DNA of 64,000 nucleotides from Octopus vulgaris (taxonomy: Eukaryota). The DNA is taken from the NCBI GenBank assembly GCA_951406725.2, contig OX597833.1:60698001-60762000 (forward strand). Direction: 5' to 3'. The number at the start of each line of letters is the position of its first letter. Within the stretch, counting starts at the first letter, position 1. Positions 61,540 through 64,000 of the stretch are shown here, piece after piece. The notes below the pieces were generated by a model. That model ran no database searches, had not been told where the DNA came from, and worked only from the letters and a program-made list of their open reading frames with translations. A program made the translations under genes and the position numbers.

Positions 61540-62645
61540 CATCATCATCAGCATCGTTATCTTCATTATTTAACGTCCATTGTCCATGCTGGCATGGGTT
61601 GGACGGTTTGATTGGGCTGGTATGCTAGAAGACTGCACCAGACTCTAGTCTGATTTGGCATGGTTTTCTATGTCTGGATACCCTTCCTAACACCAACCAC
61701 TCTGAGAGTGTAATGGGTGCTTTTATGTACCACCGGCACGGGTGCCATTTGCATGACACCGGGGTGTGTTTATGTACCACTAACATGGGTTCCAATTTGT
61801 GTGACACTGGTGTCTGCAACAACTGCAATTTTGCTTGGCTTGATGGGTCTTCTTCTCAACCAGGACATAATACCAAAGGTCTTGGTAATTGCTTCCGTGA
61901 AGCCCAACACTCGAAAGGAACTCTGCTACTTTGCCTACATGAGGCCCAACACGCGAATGGAACTCAGCTACCTTGCTTCTGTGAGGTCCAACACTCAAAA
62001 GGAACTCAATCACTTTGCCTCCTTGAGGCCCAGTGCTTGAAAGGAACTCAGCCACTTTGCCTCTGTGGGGCCCAATGCTCGAAAGGAACTCAGTCACTTT
62101 GCCTCTGTGAGGCCCAATGTTCAAAAGATGTTTTTTACGTGCCACCAGCATGGGGGCACTTGGTTTCACAGGTCCTCTCAAGCACAGCACATTGCCTAAG
62201 GTCTCGGTCACCAGTCATTGCCTCCTTGAGGCTCAAAGTTCAAAGATCATGCTTCACTACCTTATCCCATGCTTTCCTGGATCTACCTCTTCCACAGGTT
62301 CCCTCCACAGTTAGAGCTCAGCACTTCTTTACACAGCTGTCCTTGTCCACACACATCACATGACCATACCAGCGCAGTCGTCTCTCTTGTTCACCATATC
62401 TGATTCCTCTTATGCCTAACCTTTCTCTCAAGATGCTTACACTCTGTTAAACATGCACACTGACATTGCACATCCAGTGAAGAATACTGGCTTAATTTCT
62501 TTCAAGCCTACACATGTCCTTGGCCATGCAGCATAGCTGTTTGCACACAGGCATCAGACAATCAGCCTTTCACTCTGAGAGAGAGAGGCCCTTTGTTGCC
62601 AGCACGGGTAGGAGCTCTCTGAACTTTGCCTAGCCTAATCTTATT
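61540..62645 (-). mobile_element. RTE LINE 3' kilobase with a 39-bp tandem array (~61890-62125) in its 3' UTR
   Basis: Minus strand encodes LRERLGIRGIRYGEQERRLRWYGHVM...TVEGTCGRGRSRKAWDKVVKHDL with stops. Part of the array is copied at 63419-63515. Confidence 0.8.
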
Positions 62646-63115
62646 CAATGTTGAATGTAATTAAGGAATGTAAATAAAAATTTTTAATAATTTAGCTAGC
62701 ATATCTGTGTTGTCAAAATTGCTGACTGTTTTATTAAAGATAGAAAATGCCATTATCAAAACAATGAGAAAAACTATTGATAAATGTTACTTCACTTGAT
62801 GGTAAATAATTATTTGCTCTTAACAAATTGGGCTTCTAGACTACTTGTCTAAACCATGTTTTCTTTCCTTTTCTTTCTTACTTTTATTTATGTTATATGT
62901 TCTTGATAAAGTAGTTGTATGCTGTCAACTTAATTTGACAGTCCCATGAAGAGAATAACACTACTGTTATTTAGCCACTACTGCATAAATCTCTCTGAGA
63001 GATTTAGAAATGCATCATTTTTATTTTTTAAATCAGTGAATGTATTTCACTAAAATAATTATATGTTTACAAGGGCTAGATAGGCATCTAGCATCCAACT
63101 AGCAGGCCATGCTAC

Positions 63116-63158
63116 TCCAGACTGAAGACGAGCAATGACTCAGAAACTAGTCTCTGAA
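63116..63158 (+). ncRNA. Minimal type I hammerhead motif in a fold-back Penelope-like unit (62906-63326)
   Basis: CAGA-CUGAAGA-C-GAG-CAAUGA-CUC-A-GAAA-C-UA-G-UC^-UCUG. Palindromic ACUAGU stem III; predicted cleavage after 63152. Confidence 0.65.
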
Positions 63159-63339
63159 TGCTGGCTTAGCTGGGTGGAGGTGCTTATCTCCCCCTTGTAA
63201 ACATAAGGACGCATGAGATGTGTCAAGGCTGACAGGAAGTGGTACTGCTTCCTAGGGCTAAATAGCAGTAGTATTATTCCCTTCATGGGACTGTCACATT
63301 AAGTTGACAGCATACAACTACTTTATATATATATATATT

Positions 63340-63422
<83 letters not shown>

Positions 63423-63524
63423 ACCTTGCTTCTGTGAGGTCCAACACTCAAAAGGAACTCAATCACTTTGCCTCCTTGAGGCCCAGTGCTTAAAAGGAAC
63501 TCAGCCACTTTGCCTATACATATG

Positions 63525-64000
63525 TGGAGGCGCAATGGCCCAGTGGTTAGGGCAGCAGACTCGCGATCATTGGATCGCGGTTTCAATTCCCAGACCGGGC
63601 GTTGTGAGTGTTTATTGAGTGAAAACACCTAAAGTTCCATGAGGCTGCAGCAGGGGGTGGTGGCAATCCCTGCTGTACTCTTTCGCCGCAACTTTCTCTC
63701 ACTCTTTCTTCTGTTGGCCTGCTCGCTTAGCCAGCAGGCTGGCGTCATTTGAAGGCTAAAACAATGTGAAGTGCATTGTGACCAGCGATGTATAGCAACA
63801 TCTGATAGCCTGGTCGGTCACGTGATATATACATATAAGGCGGCGAGTTGGCAGAAACGTTAGCAAACCGGGCGAAATGCTTAGTGGTATTGCGTCTGTC
63901 GTTGCGTTCTGAGTTCAAATTCCGCCGAGGTCGATTTTGCCTTTCATCCTTTCGGGGTCGATAAATAAAGTACCAGTTACGCACTGAGATCGATGTAATC
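63525..64000 (+). mobile_element. SINE family 4 (63525-63826) followed by SINE family 1 (63839 to window end)
   Basis: Matches 56500-56795 and 2491-2721 respectively. Confidence 0.8.

Noticed and set aside
61309-61611. 100-aa Lys-rich ORF
   Set aside because: No recognisable homology or splice partners, and its 3' end runs into an RTE tail.
61713-62363. 216-aa Cys-rich repetitive ORF
   Set aside because: Antisense reading of an RTE tail; the 39-bp tandem unit keeps the frame open by chance.

Overview
AT-rich, repeat-dense animal genomic DNA. The SINE/LINE repertoire and (TA)n/(CATA)n load suggest an octopus or other coleoid cephalopod; this is inference. Two convergent spliced genes can be reconstructed by hand. 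(1) The last two coding exons of mitochondrial ribosomal protein L17 (MRPL17, + strand, 1054-1192 and 3620-3852). (2) A complete GPS2 orthologue (- strand, ATG 41689 to stop 14692, 10 coding exons, 404 aa, all GT-AG and phase-consistent), plus a candidate 33-nt in-frame cassette exon in its 15.8-kb intron. The rest is mobile DNA: three tRNA-derived SINE families, RTE and CR1 LINE 3' ends, a Penelope endonuclease relic, a mariner relic, non-autonomous Helitrons, piggyBac-, Merlin- and hAT-like MITEs, and mini/microsatellites. Almost all other ORFs in the supplied track are repeat artefacts. The most interesting signals are: several minimal type I hammerhead ribozyme motifs in fold-back or tandem Penelope-like units, two divergent families of which share a covarying multi-hairpin domain after the ribozyme; tandem H-type pseudoknot modules in the RTE 3' tail; and the candidate GPS2 poly(A) cassette duplicated into its own big intron with the hexamer altered and the UGUA array expanded. 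All structures were read by eye; nothing was computed or searched.
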